Notes under the pieces: model-generated
What the model saw: only the letters and a program-made list of their open reading frames with translations
Databases searched by the model: none
What the model was told of the DNA's origin: nothing
Program-made: the position numbers and the translations under genes
From: Felis catus
Taxonomy: Eukaryota
Assembly: GCF_018350175.1 (NCBI RefSeq)
Contig: NC_058383.1
Location: 12,092,001 to 12,156,000 of the forward strand
Length of the DNA stretch: 64,000 nucleotides
Reading direction: 5' to 3'
In this document: positions 23,501 to 36,224 of the stretch, piece by piece
Position numbering within the stretch: the stretch's first letter is position 1
Layout of the letters: the number at the start of each line of letters is the position of its first letter

Positions 23501-24552
23501 GAGTGAGCTCCCAGTGCTTTTCCCTTGTCCGGACCGGACGGCCACTGCCCTCTGACATCCTACTTAACGGGGACCGTCACGCATCTATCTATCTGCGCTT
23601 GGGTCCCATATTTGCACTCAAGCAACACGCGGGGACCCTGATTTCTCAGCACAGAGAAGCCAGGAGCAAGGGTTTCCCTTCAGACACTGCAGGCGGTCAC
23701 ACACAATGACAAGTTACTTGAGGAATACGTAATCAGTAGATTTAAAGGAAACATCGCTAATGTATGTAGCATGCACCCAGGAGAGGGAGCAAATTGTTGG
23801 CTGGAGAATTTTGTTTTTAATTAAACAGGTAATGTATGCCTGCGTTTAGTCCTATAAATGAAAATGTATTCACCACAGAGGCATGCATCCTATTAGGCCC
23901 TCCTGTACATAAACTGTATGGGTGATTACCACTGATTACTGTACTATTAGAGGCCCACGCCTGGAGTGGCTTGATTGTAACATGCTTGGGTCCCGAAAGG
24001 GCTCCCATGTGCTTTGCCTGGATGGTGGCAAACAAGCAGGGCTTCAGATTGTCTGGAAGTTCCGCTGTGGGTTTGAGTAGCTGCGGGTGGGGGGTGCAAA
24101 CTCACCCCCATGCTGCCATGCTGCCGTTGGGTGGGCCAGACAGAGGGAAGAGAGATTCGCGGGGGAGAAGGTGGGGTCACAGAGCGCAGAGCTTGGGTAC
24201 GGACCCGCCCTGGCAGGTGCCTGCCCACCTCTCTGAACGATGCTCTCCCAGGAGGCTCGGGGACTAGGGCCACTTTTATTTGGTCTTCATAAAAGTCACA
24301 CCTGCACCGTAAGACGCTCACCCTGGCCCTTTGTAACTCGTTTTGGAAGCCATGTACGGAGATGGGCCAATGAAGTCAACGCAGTTCACGGGGACTCTGC
24401 CACCATGCCTCTCCTTCCTGACCTGCAGAGGGGCTCTAAGGCGGCCTCTGACCGTATCCCATGCTCGCGAGTCTCACTCTCTGTTCTTTCTCCTCTGTGG
24501 ACTTGGGCTTTCCAGTCATTCCCTTCCCTTTCATCAAAAATGCTTGTACCAT

Positions 24553-24725
24553 GGGGGCGCGTGGGTGGCTCCGTCAGCTGAGTGCCTAACTCTTGATTTC
24601 AGCTCAGGTCATGATCCCAGGGTTGTGGGATCGAGCCCCACATCGGGCTCAGTGGTGAGCATGGAGCCTGCTTGGGATTCTCTCTCTCTCTCTCTCTCTC
24701 TCTAAAATAAATAAAAAATGGAAAA
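24553..24725 (+). mobile_element. CAN-SINE
   Basis: GGGGGCGCGTGGGTGGCTC...CAGGTCATGATCCCAGG...(CT)n, AAAATAAATAAA. Confidence 0.92.
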
Positions 24726-24739
24726 AATACTCATACTGC

Positions 24740-25357
24740 ACAAAAGGCCATGGATGTATGAGGTCTCCAGAATAGGCAAATCTGTAGTCTTAGTTCAGGC
24801 TGCTGTAACAACAGTAGACGCTTACTTCCCACAGTTCTGGAGACTGGAAGTCCAAGGTCAAGGTGTCTGCAGATTCAACGCGTGGTGACCACCCACTTCC
24901 TAGCTTGTGGATAGCTGCCTTCTGGCTGTGTCCCCACACGGCAGAGAGGGCAGAGAGCTCCAATCTCTCCTAGGACCCTCCAATCTCTCTAAGGACCCTA
25001 ATCCCATCATGGAGTCCCAACCTCATGACCTCATCTAAACTTAATCACATGCCGAAGGTCTCACCTCCTAATCCCCCCGGGGGTTAGGGTTCAACATGTG
25101 AGTGTTGAGGAACATAATAAAGCAGTGTACAAGGCATAGAGACAAAAAGCAAGTCATCGCCAGGGGCTACGAGAAGGGGAAAAGGGGGGAGGGACTCTCT
25201 CATGGGTAGAGGGTTTCTTTCCTTCTGGGGTAATGAAAATGTTTGGGAACTAGTCAGCAGCAAGGGTAACACCACACTGGGAAGGCACCTAATGCCACTG
25301 AATTACACACTTTAAAATGGCTCCAAGAGTAAATTTGGTTACCTGTATTTTATACCC
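24740..25357 (+). mobile_element. L1MB-like 3' end with nested MLT1A
   Basis: TCCAGAATAGGCAAATC|...|CATAGAGACAAAAAGC...GGGGTAATGAAAATGTTTGGGAACTAG...AATGCCACTGAATTACACACTTTAAAATGG. Confidence 0.8.
24783..25133 (-). mobile_element. MaLR LTR MLT1A0-like
   Basis: TCTTAGTTCAGGCTGCTGTAACA...CACAGTTCTGGAGACTGGAAGTCCAAGGTCAAGG...CCTCATGACCTCATCTAAAC; internal ~20-bp duplication at 24958-24997. Confidence 0.85.
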
Positions 25358-26464
25358 CGTGTCCTAATATGGGATCCATTTACATGATAAAAGCAATTAA
25401 GAAGAAGCCTTTGGGAAGGATTGATAACCCCTTGCTTTGAATCACGTCTGTCAAAGCCTGAAGCCCAAGGAACAACCGGTGGTGGAAATTTCAGAACCTA
25501 AAAGGCACTGGATGAGACCGTCCCGAGTATCGCTTGCCTTTGACCTTCAATTCAACCACGGTCGCGGTACCACTGTGGAGGGCTCCTTGTTTGGTTTACA
25601 CAGAAGCTGTGTGAGAATGTTCTCTCACGCTCTCCAGTTTGGGGGTTGGTAGGAAGGAAGGGCATGCTTATGGAAAATTGTCGCTGGTTAGTTCAGCCCC
25701 CTCAGATGCTTAGCAAACTCTGTCCTTATCCTCTGAAGAACTAAATCCCACGGGTCTGTCTCCAGCCAGCCAGTGAGACCTGTTCTACCTCGTTTGGACT
25801 GAAACTTACCCCTTCATACACAAACAGCTACCCCCTTCTCTCTCTCTCTCTCTCCAAGGTCTCTTTCCTACCCAACCACCCATCCGTGACTACACCCCCC
25901 TTCTGCGCCTGTCGGAGCGTCATTGTCAAATCGTTAAAAACATCATTTTCAAACAAATAGATAATGACTGCATGTCAGAGTTTCATTTAAGTCTTTCCCG
26001 GGGAAGCCAGCAGAATGCCAGAAGTGGTTTTCTGGAGGAGGAGACACTGGGATTTCTATAACGCATGGACAAATGCGAAGGTAAGACCGCCACGTTAGGT
26101 ACAAAACTAGGGAGAGGTCCTGCAGGGCAATAAAGCCTTCGTGGTTATTTCTTTCCCAAGCAGAAGGGAAGAAAACATCGTCACACATCACCAGTTCTCC
26201 ACACGTTTGTCCATATAGCTTTACAGGACCGTGAAATGTTTGCGTCCGAATCGGTTGTTGGTCAAACCCAGTTACAGTCCTGAGAGAGTCCGACGATCCT
26301 CTTGAGGACATATGAGAAAACGCTCAGACGTGGCATTAGAGGGTCACACTATTATCTCTTTTGCCTTATTTCCAGGTTTGCATTTTTTAAAGCAAAGCTT
26401 CATTAGCTTTGGTGGTGGTGGTGTCCCCCTCCGCCCCCACCCTGACCCACCCTGCACTGGCTCA

Positions 26465-26797
26465 TCTACAGTCCCCATTTATTCAATCAAATACTCACCT
26501 AGGTGTTCTTAACCAGTTGACTTTAAGTAAGGGAGATTATTTTGGATAACTTGGGTGGACCTGATTCAATCCATCGGAAAACCTTAAAAGCAGGGCTGGG
26601 ACTTCCCTGGGAGGGGAAAAATTCCTCCTGCAACCCCCAGCTCCAGCCCGTGCGGGATCTACCCTTCACAGTGTTATACCCTGATGGATTTTGGACACAG
26701 CCAGCCCCCACCGTCACATAAACCTTGCAATAAATGCATGAACATATATCCACCCTACTGGTTAAGTTTCTCGGGTTGAATCCCGATTGATATACCC
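26465..26797 (+). mobile_element. MLT2 (E/F-like) ERVL LTR
   Basis: TATTCAATCAAATACT...CAGTTGACTTTAAGTAAGGGAGATTAT...GGGTGGACCTGATTCAATC...CCTACTGGTT. Confidence 0.75.
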
Positions 26798-26799
26798 TC

Positions 26800-26801
<2 letters not shown>

Positions 26802-26841
<40 letters not shown>
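26802..26841. repeat. (TG)n microsatellite
   Basis: About 20 perfect TG units. Confidence 0.98.
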
Positions 26842-26842
<1 letters not shown>

Positions 26843-26889
26843 TGTCAATCCATTGTCCTTCTAAGAACAAATTCCCACCTTCACAAAAT

Positions 26890-27580
26890 GGAGCCAAGTA
26901 TTTTTAAAAAGTAGGTCCTCTTAAGACGTCTGGTGGCTCACACCCTCCAGGAAGAACCCTCTAGGACTAAGTCTCAACAGAAGATTCACCTGTTTCTTCA
27001 CAAACAAAAGATGACCAAGTAAGAAAGGGACTTATATCGTCCAGAGGAAAGACTAATGACTCTTCTTTCCTTAAAGGAGAGAAGGGATTGTCTTCTTTCC
27101 TTGACTAAAGTTTAGTCAGTCCCGGTCCCTGGGCTGCTGAGCCAGTTTTTCAAGAATTTCCTCCATGCCTGGGACACCTGGGTACCTCAGTCAGTTGAGC
27201 ATCTGGTTTTTGATTTCAGCTCAGATCATGGTCTCACGGGTCGTGGGTAAGAACCCTACACTGGGCTCCGGGCTGCCTACTTGGGATTCTCTCCCTCTCC
27301 TCCTCTGCCCCTCTCCCACTGCCTGTCTGTCTCTCTCTCAAAATTACATAAATACCAAAAAAAAAAAAAAAAAGTCCTCCACCCTTGTCAGCCAATCAAA
27401 TTCTCTCCACCAACTTAATGTTCCACCCATGTCCCCACCCAGCCCATTACCTGTTCGTTCTCATCTGTCCCTATTACATTTGGAATTGGGTTCCATCTTT
27501 CTCTTGTATTTGCAATAGTTTTGAATAAAATCTTCCTTGACGTTTTATATAGGCATCGGAATGATTGTTTTCTTCAACGA
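26890..27580 (+). mobile_element. ERV1 LTR (MER31-like) with SINE insertion; 5' boundary uncertain
   Basis: 3' end TTGCAATAGTTTTGAATAAAATCTTCCTT...TTTTCTTCAAC resembles the MER31-group U5. Confidence 0.55.
27171..27372 (+). mobile_element. CAN-SINE
   Basis: GGGACACCTGGGTACCTCAGTCAGTTGAGC...poly-A. Confidence 0.9.
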
Positions 27581-27602
27581 TACTCAAGAAGATCGGCCCT
27601 TA

Positions 27603-27825
27603 GGAGTGAGAGAGGCAAACTTCCAGTTATAAAATAAGCAAACCATGGCGATGAAAAGCACAGTGTAGGGAATACAGTCAATGATATTGTCGTAACGTTG
27701 CGTGGTGACAGACGGCTTCTGCACTCACTGCGATGAGCACAGCATCACGTACACAATTGTCGAATCATTACGTCATGCGCCTGCCACTAATCTCGCGTTG
27801 TTCGTCAACTCTCCTTAAATAACAA
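27603..27825 (+). mobile_element. L1 3' end (L1MA9/L1_Carn-type), CpG-enriched
   Basis: CAAACTTCCAGTTATAAAATAAG...GATGAAAAGCACAGTGTAGGGAATACAGTCAAT...GGTGACAGACGG. Confidence 0.85.
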
Positions 27826-27956
27826 AACAATGTTAAAAAGAAAGTCGCAAGGACTAGGAACTTTGTTACCTGTGCTGCACAATATTTAATCGAACAAAGA
27901 GTCTATGTGTAAGTGGACCCTCGCGGTTCAAACCCATGGTGCTTAAAGGTCCACTG
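27826..27956 (-). mobile_element. One-ended Tigger2a-type DNA transposon fragment
   Basis: TAAGTGGACCCTCGCGGTTCAAACCCATGGTGCTTAAAGGTCCACTG is the reverse complement of the left end of the element at 37912. Confidence 0.75.
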
Positions 27957-27958
27957 CA

Positions 27959-28230
27959 GTTTATGTTGAACATCGGGGGCCCAGAATTGGGGCACGCGCT
28001 AGGGAAGGGTGCCTATGGGACCAGCTCCCACTAAAGCCCACGGGCCCTGAGTCTCTAGGGAGCTTTCCGGGTAGACAACATTTTACCAGTGTTGTTGCAA
28101 GCCCATGCTTAGAGGATTGAAGCCTTGGGAGCCGGTGCCTGGTTTCCTTCAGAGTTTGTCCCATGTGCCTTTTCCCCTTCCTGCTTTCACTTTGTATCCT
28201 TTCGTAAATCCCAGCCGTGAGAATAAGAAT
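27959..28230 (+). mobile_element. MER68-like ERVL LTR, middle/3' part
   Basis: GTTTATGTTGAACA...AGGGTGCCTATGGGACCAGC...CTGAGTCTCTAGGGAGCTT...GGTAGACAACATTT...CCATGTGCCTTTTCCC...TTTGTATCCTTTC. Confidence 0.7.
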
Positions 28231-28460
28231 TTTAAAAAACCAGCCATAAACTAGCTCCATGAGGTCCCCTTTCTACCTCCACCAGAACTAGAGCCCTGAA
28301 TTTCTCTAGCGTCATGACCACGCCAGGAGAAGAGACCATGTGCCTTAACAATGAACAACACCAGCATGTGCTGAAGGTTCCATCTCGCCAGGCTCTGCCC
28401 TTAGTATTTTAAGAGGATTATCTCCCTGCCCCATCCTTTTTTGTTCAAACAGGGCTGGGG

Positions 28461-28676
28461 TTTTTTTTTTTTAATGTTTATTTATTTATTTTGAGAGAGG
28501 GGGGCAGGGAGAGTGAGCAGGGGAGGGGCAGAAAGAGAGGAGAGATTCCCAAGCAGGCTCCTTACCTGTGGGGTGCAGAACCCCACACGGGGCAAGAAGC
28601 CATGAACCGTGAGATCGTGCCCTGAACCAAAACCAAGAGTCAGAGGCTCAACCAGCTGAGCTACCCCAGGTTGCCC
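28461..28676 (-). mobile_element. CAN-SINE (older)
   Basis: Poly-T, purine tract, GAACCGTGAGATCGTG...CTGAGCTACCCCAGGTTGCCC. Confidence 0.9.
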
Positions 28677-30977
28677 TGTGCCCAGACTTTTAATAGTCCC
28701 TGCCTACAATTGACATCGTGAGCTCAAGACCCTCAGCTGGTTTGCCTATTGATATCGGTGCTCAGGACGTTCACACGTTGTCTTGTTGGTATCTCCAGGA
28801 AAGTGAACATTAGGACCATGGTGTCATAGTATACACTTGGACTTCCTTAACTCGAAGTGGGTCAAGTTTTTCTCCGGACCCTTCGGCCACACTCGTGGGG
28901 CCCTGTCCCCTCTTCTAGGTATTCTTCTTCCCAGGAGTCTCAAGACCTCGTGATCCCATGACGGTTCCATTCCAACCAGAGGATCTATTCTAGATCAGCA
29001 TTTACCTGAGGTGGACCCCAACCCCAGCGGTTTGCGTTTGGAACCACCTCTCTCACTGAGGGTGTTAAGGCTTGGGGGGTTTTGTTGTTGTTGTTGTTGT
29101 TTCCTTTAGGAAGTACAGATAGCAGATGAGAGGCTGAGGGGAGGTATCGTCTCAAAGGTAGGAGAGGAAGACTTTTCCAGCCCCTTTGAGAACTCACTCT
29201 ATCCAGCTAAGCCCATCCGCAAATGCTGACGTCCTTGAACAGCGTAGGAGTCAGAGGTGGACACGTTGGGATGGGAACACGTTTGTAGAAAGAGAGAGTC
29301 CCTGGGGACTGTGCAGAAGTGGTTAGGAGCAAACGAGCAGGGGTGGAGCGGATCTTTCCAGCTGGAGTGTGTATTTATTTAGAGCTTGCACCACATAATA
29401 TTTACAAGATACTTAGCATGCATTAATTACGCTGTAATGAACTCTATGGCTATAATATCAATGTTCTGTCAGGACTGGAAAATGCCCCCCACCCCACCCA
29501 CCCCACACTTTTTTATCACCTTGCGGGGGGAAAAAAGAAAAATTAAAATTAATTGCATGCCCATTAAATGCTTATTTTTAATAGAAAACTTGCAAATGAC
29601 GGGCAAATGCAAAACAGGGTACACAGTAAATCAAAAGCAGATAACACACACTTCTAGACACACTCTACTGTTTTTATGAGCATGTTTTACAATCCATTCA
29701 TTATGCTGTCTGTCCTTTTGAAAGCTTGTGATTATATCGCTCATACAAAGAAACATGTGAATGGCTGTGTAACAAGCCATGAAAATCAGGACAAAACTGA
29801 GCATTTCTGCTGCCATTTGAATCCGCCTCCCTCCAATCTCTGCCTAGAGAATTCTTACAGGAGGCTCATCCCTTTAACACCCACTCAAAGCCTTGCAGAA
29901 GGGAGCGAACTGGGGAAAGACTTAATATCGTGGCTCATGATTCAAGATGGCGGTTATCCAAAGAGCGGCCATCAACCATCCAGTTTCTTCAAGTAGCAAC
30001 ATTTTCTCTGGAGGCAAGGAGATCAGGGTTCTATGGAATGATTTCCTCAAAGAATCCCGGGTCACCCCCAGACCACTTCCTTCCCAAACATAAGTCATCT
30101 TTATATTACCCAGGGCAAATCACCATCCAGACTGTCTTTCTATCATGGGAGTCCCTTAACTCACCAAGCAGAGGGTAACTGATTTCGTTTTCAAAAAAAA
30201 AAACAACTTCCTAATTTAATGCAAAATCTTGCCTCTCTCTAAATTCCATTCACCATTCTAACGTTGACTTCTGGGTCAACAGATGGCCGTAAATGACTTC
30301 ACTCCCTCTTTTACTTGGCCACCTTTCAAGTATTCGGTAACAAGCTTCTGACGCCTGCGAGAGTTCGACTTGTGGATGGTGTGAAGAATGTCTTTGCCTT
30401 GTGAGAGGTCATACGCCAAGCGGGAAGTCTACCTATAGATGAGTACAGAAACACTAGGTTCCAGACCGGGTGTTCCCACAGCTGTTCGTGGTGACCCTTC
30501 TTTGCTAGGATCTACCGTCTCCCCACCCGCAAGAGGCGAATACCCTTGTCCCTTTCAGATGAAAAGGCTCTCAGGTTCTTAGTTTGCCTCTCGGTGGTAG
30601 TCACTTGTCTGGAGTCAATCCCAGTGCGTTTGTGCATTTCCTAATTACAGCTTCCAGTTTTATGATAAATGCAGGGAGCTTCTTTTACAGCGGTTACAAC
30701 TCGTGATAAGCAAGGCAATAAAAGTATGAAATGAACATCTTATTCCAAGAGGAGAATTACAGACAAGAGGACTAGTTGACATGAATACATGCTGGAAATG
30801 ATCCAGACAAGAAGAAAATTGAATACATTTCCTAGGTAATGCCCAAACATTGCTTATTGTATGCTATTGAAAAATGTGAAAATTGTACATTGAATTGTCT
30901 CCTACTCACACAAAGAAGTACCATGGCATAGTATTGACGTCCCTTTGGGTCGTATTTCTTGGAGCGTGAAATCGAGA

Positions 30978-32340
30978 GCATTCGTATAACAAACATGTAT
31001 TGACATCCACTTTGTGCCAGATGCCTTGCTAGATGAGGGGGACAGGGCAGCTGTGGACACTGCCCTAGAGGTATTCATGAAGGACACAGACCATACAACG
31101 ACGATTACGATGTGTTGTGTGCTATCATCAGGTCTCTTCCGATTTGCCAAGAAACCCCGGAGGGAAGAACAACAAACTCAACATGGCCCAGTTGTGGAAG
31201 CCTTCACAGAGGAAATGATAAGCCAGCAGGGTATCAAAGGGAAAATAAGACTGATGGGGCAGATAAAGGTAGGAAACATATTCCATGCAGAAAAAGCAAC
31301 TAGTCAAGGCCAAGAGAGTTAAAGAACATGGCAAGTTCAGCAACAGTGTTAGCTCAGAATTGAAATTTAGGGACACGTGAGCCAGAAGAGGAAGAGAAGG
31401 CTGCTAACGTCGTTTGGGTTTATGTCATGAGATGCCTTGGGATTTATTGTGAAGGAGATACGGAATGATTTACATTTTTTGCGCTGGAAAAATTACCGTG
31501 ATGTTTTTGTGGTCAGGGGTAGAAAGCGTGTGGCACTTATAGAAGGCGGAGTGGCAGGGCAACTCAGGAAGCTGAAAAGCTCAATAACCTCAGAAGGTGC
31601 TAATGAGGACCCCAGTGCCACATGTGGTTATGGACACGGAGAAGAGGAGAGAGAGGCAAGAGGCAGTCAGGGTGTAGAGTTGTCAATGTCTGCAGGACTG
31701 GTAGATGGGGCAGAAGGGAGAAAGGAGAATCCATAAGGATATCTAGGGTTTTTGCTTGGGCGATTTGGTGAATGAAACCACCATTAACTAAGACACATTG
31801 TGGGTTCCTCGTGGGTCCAGCATTTTTAATATTGGTTGCACGGCATTTAAAAAAATTTTTTTTTAATGTTTTTATTTATTTTGGAGACAGAGACAGAGCA
31901 TGAGCAGGGGAGGGACAGAGAGAGGGGGAGACACAGAATCTGAAGCGGGCTCCAGGCTCTGAGCTGTCAGCGCAGAGCCCGACGCGGGGCTCGAACTCAT
32001 GAACCACAAGATCGTGACCTGAGCCGAAGTCGGACGCTTCACCGACTGAGCCACCCAGGCGCCCCACGCTGCATTTCTGGTGCCTGTGGGATATGTATCT
32101 GAAAAATTTAGAGAAGGCAGTTCCAAAGTTCAAGAACGAGGTTACTGGTAGGTGATCTTTGAAATCACGGACGTAAACAAGGTGACCCAGAGAGACTGAC
32201 CATTTAAACCATGAAAATACTTACATTGAGGGGAGGGGTAGAAAGGAGTGAATTCCAAAACGAGACGGAGAAGGCAACGTTCCAGGCATAATAGGAGGAA
32301 CCAGAAGATTGTGGTGGTGGTCAACAGGGAGGGTTAAGTG
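30978..32340 (-). mobile_element. L2 interrupted by a SINE
   Basis: AACAAACATGTATTGACATCCACTTTGTGCCAG 3' end and purine-rich antisense L2 body. Confidence 0.7.
31849..32065 (-). mobile_element. Feline CAN-SINE
   Basis: Full reverse-complement body ending GCCACCCAGGCGCCCC. Confidence 0.95.
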
Positions 32341-32617
32341 CCTGCAGTCCCGACACGCTGCACAGAGAACCACTTCTCAAATGTCACCCCCGAGGGCCGT
32401 TCGGATTTCCAGGGTTCCCTTCGCTAAAGTCCAATTGCACTTGTCCCAAGATTGGCCTGACATCCTCCGGTCCTGTCACTTCTCTGAACTTTGCTCTTCG
32501 GCCACAGCCTCAGGAAAAACGTCTTCAGACCCTCCCACGATACTTTTCTTCCCAAAGACCCAAAGGTCTTCAGACTTCCCATCAAGGCACTGGCCCGGCA
32601 CCCATACAGCTGCGAGC

Positions 32618-32768
32618 CTGGGGTTCTCAGCGTGTGCTCCCAGGACCAGCAGCTTCTGCAATTCCGAATCAGCCCTACTGAATCAGACCCTCGGGGTGAA
32701 AAGCACCAGCCCGGGTTGGAACAAGCCCTCCGGGTGATTCTGACGCCCGCTCCAGTCTGAGAGCCACA
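32618..32768. mobile_element. MER5A-type hAT-Charlie MITE
   Basis: GGTTCTCAGCGTGTG...GGACCAGCAGC...CCTACTGAATCAGA...AACAAGCCCTCCGGGTGATTCTGA...AGTCTGAGAGCCAC. Confidence 0.75.
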
Positions 32769-32884
32769 AAGTAAGCTGTTGGTTGTATCCTCCTAAACGT
32801 CGCAGGTTCCCTGAAAAAAATGTGCAAAGACTCCCGTCTTTGATAATGGATACGTGGACTCTGTGATGCAAAGTTTCTAATGTT

Positions 32885-33053
32885 TTTTCTTCTTCTTCTT
32901 CCTCTTCCTCTCCTCCTCCGCCTCCTTTTTTTTAAGTAGACTCCACACCCAAAGTGGGGCCCAATGCGGGGCTTGAACTCACAACCCAGACATCAAGACC
33001 TGAGCTGATGTCAAGAGTCAGACGTTTAACTGACTGAGCCACCCAAGCGCCCC
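32885..33053 (-). mobile_element. Short-type CAN-SINE with (TTC/TCC)n tail
   Basis: GGGGCTTGAACTCAC...TCAAGAGTCAGACG...CTGAGCCACCCAAGCGCCCC; diverged TSD TCT(A/G)ATGTT. Confidence 0.85.
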
Positions 33054-35679
33054 TCTGATGTTCTCTTCTTAAATCACATTACTTTTCATGCATAGACGGT
33101 ATCTGGGGTCTAATCTACACGATGAATATTTCTGAGTCTTTGGGTCCTTAGTATCAGTTAAATGGGGGAAACTGGCAGAAGGTAGGGTGATTAGCTGTTC
33201 AATTACCAGTCGCTGGTAAAGGAACAGTAACTAAATGCCAAACTTGTGTAACGGGAATCTTTTTCTTCATCTTTTGACATGATGATGGTTACCATTGGCT
33301 TTAATGTGTCTTTATTTTACACTAAGGAATATAATATATATTTCTCTGAAATAATTGGACAAACAGTGAATTTTTTCTTCATTTATTAATATACAACCCC
33401 ATTTGGCAAGGGACTTGAAACAGCATAAAAACACCTATATTAAAATAACAAACTAAAATATAATATTCAGATCAGATGCTGGACTTAGCACAGAAAGGGG
33501 CCCCGGAAGTTTCCTCCCATGCCAGACATTAACCTCGTCGCTGCTAGAGGCAAGGCAACTTGTAGGTGATCCAGAGGAGGAACCGTAGTAACAGAGAGGC
33601 ACTTAGTCAGGGTAGCAACCATCAATCACACTGGCTGATTATCACCTTCCCCGAAAGAAACATTAAGATTATCATAATTCCCTGACATTAAGATTGTCAT
33701 CATTCCTCACGAACGCCATTATGCATGCTATGCCATTGGTACGCACCCGATTGACCCCGCAGCGCCACTTCCTTCCTGCCTTCCTTCCAGAAGTCCCCAT
33801 TGCCTAAACACAACCGGCTTGACCAGACAACTTGAAAATCGTTCGTCCGGTTTTGACTCTGCAATTTGATCCAATGTGGATTACTTAATCATATCTCTAT
33901 GCGCACTTTTAGAGTCTAGTTTCTCCTTTCGTAGAAATCCACGTTAAGGTCTTAAATCCGTACGGGAATTGCAACAATAAATATTCACTGGGAGAATGGA
34001 AACACAGCAAGGTGCGAAGACAAGGCCCTGGGATAGAAATGGCATCTGCGTTGTGGTCCGCTCAACTGCACTAACAGGTTTTTCAAATTTTCCGTGAGTT
34101 ATTTCATTTCCCTAAGCCTCAGTTTCCCCATCTCTGACATGCAAATATATATTACAAGCCTTGTTATTCTCAGCCCTGACGAGCATGGATTGAAGGAGAA
34201 GAGAGAAGCAGAAAACGAACTGGCTGTCTGGCAGTTTCCACAGGCCTAACCGAAATGCCCACGATCGTCTTTGGAAGTTTCTGGAAGATTCAGGCGGGGG
34301 CTCCATTCCAAGTGAGCAGGAGCTGATTTATGATTTAGTCCGAGGGCCGTGAGAAACTCGAGTGTCTAAATTGCTGTTTCCTTGAAATTATTCCATTCCG
34401 GTGAACTCAGATGAAACGAGGCAAAAGCAAGCTCTTCTAGAAAATCCCGGCGAAGCAAAACCGCTGATTCCCACGAGCCTCCAACGTGCCCCTGATAAAT
34501 CTGCTGACACTACCTAAACCGGAGCCTCTCACAAGGTTGACAGGGGCCCCACCAACAGGAAGGGGGATGTGAAAGTGTCTCCTGACCTACATTCCGGGTG
34601 CTCACCCGGGTCATTTTTCTATCAGTCTTGGAAAACAGACCTAGACTGATGTCACACCCTTGTTTCAACCTCCCCCCAAAGTGAGCGCCGAAACTTCAGT
34701 GCTCGGAATACAAGTTTCAGGCTTTCCGAGAGTCTCAGGGGATGCCAGACAGTCAAGGGTACTTGAAAGCCTCCAGAAAAGGGAGCTGAAATTAGTGGTT
34801 AAATTGTAAATTTACCAAGAGGCCCGTTTCAAAGGGACACATCCTTGGAAACCTCAGCTTTTGGAAAAGCCTCGAGTCTTTCGACAACCAAACCTCATCC
34901 GGGGGACAGCTGGAGGAAAAGAACATAGTGCTGTGACATTGAGATCCGGACTTTTTTCTCCCGCAAAATGGGGGTTAGAAAAGTAGCCCTTTATTTTCCG
35001 AGAAGGACTTGCGAGAAGAGTGCCGTGCCTCTGTGGCGGGCTACCCTCATCCTCTGGGACACGTTCCTGGTCCGTGAGCCGGAAGAGGGGGCTTCCAGAC
35101 GGTGTGGGAGAAGAGACGTGGTTCCAGACAGCAGGAGAAGGACCCTCCTCTCTGCTGGTCAGGTTTGAGTAAGCCTGAAAGGGAGGCTTCCGTAAGTTTT
35201 CCAACAGGGATCTGAGCTGTCAGAAACGGAGGCATCTTTGAGAAAGCTCAGTGTGTGCTTTGTGAGTTGCCAGCACTAGTCTCAGACCAACCCCAACCTA
35301 AGAAGAAAATGGAAGAGGGGAGAGGAGGAGAAGGAGGAGGAGGAGAGAGCAGCTAAGTTATCTCTGACAAGTTAGCACAGTAAGACCACCAAAAGCTGAA
35401 ACCAGAGGGTGACCAGAAGGTGGGCAAGATGTCAAAATCAGGTCTCCGCAGGAAGAGAGGGGCATGGTACGGTCAGGTCTATGAAGGAAGCTGGAAAGAT
35501 GGGAGGCGGCAAATCAGAGCACGTTGTCTATGCAAGCCCGATTCTGGTGACCAAATCCAAAGCCCTTTAAATGGACCCATTTTCTCCAGGAAAGCATGTC
35601 ATTAGGAGCCAGTAAATATCCAGGCTTACGTCTAGCACAGATCCTGATGTTTGCCTATGATTCTCTTTCCCCTCATCTC

Positions 35680-36205
35680 ACGTTTCCGGCTTTCTATTGC
35701 TCGATGATAACCCATGCCAAAATCTAGTAGTGTAAAATAACCATTGTCTGGGCCTCATGGATTCTGTAAGTACAGCAAGGCCTAGTGGGAATGGTTTGTG
35801 TCTCCTCCATGATGACCAGGGCCTCAGGTGGGAAGACGTAGGTGGCTGGGGGTGACATCTGGAGGCTGGAATCATCTGGAGGCTCTTCACTCATATCTGA
35901 AGGTGCCTGGTCTGGGGTGACCCCGACAGGTTGGGGTCCACATGTGGCCTCTCACGTGCTTGGGTTTCCTCACAGCATGGTGACCTCAGGGTAGCCCATG
36001 GTGGCTCAAGGACCCAAGAGGAATGCTTCAGCAAACAAGAAAGAAGCTTCTTGGTCTAGCATTGAGGGGACACAATGTCACTTCCATTGTACTGCACGGG
36101 TCACAGCAGTCACGGGCCCACCCAGATTCAAGAGGAGAGAACACAGACCTCACCTCTCCCTGGAAGATGATGGAAAAAGTCTAGGGCCATGTTTTAAAGT
36201 TGACG
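35680..36205 (-). mobile_element. MaLR LTR (MLT1G/H-like)
   Basis: TTTCTATTGCT...GGCTGGAATCATCTGGAGGCT...TTCCTCACAGCATGG...CCCAGATTCAAGAGGAG. Confidence 0.75.
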
Positions 36206-36224
36206 CTCCTCCAGAACTTTCCTT

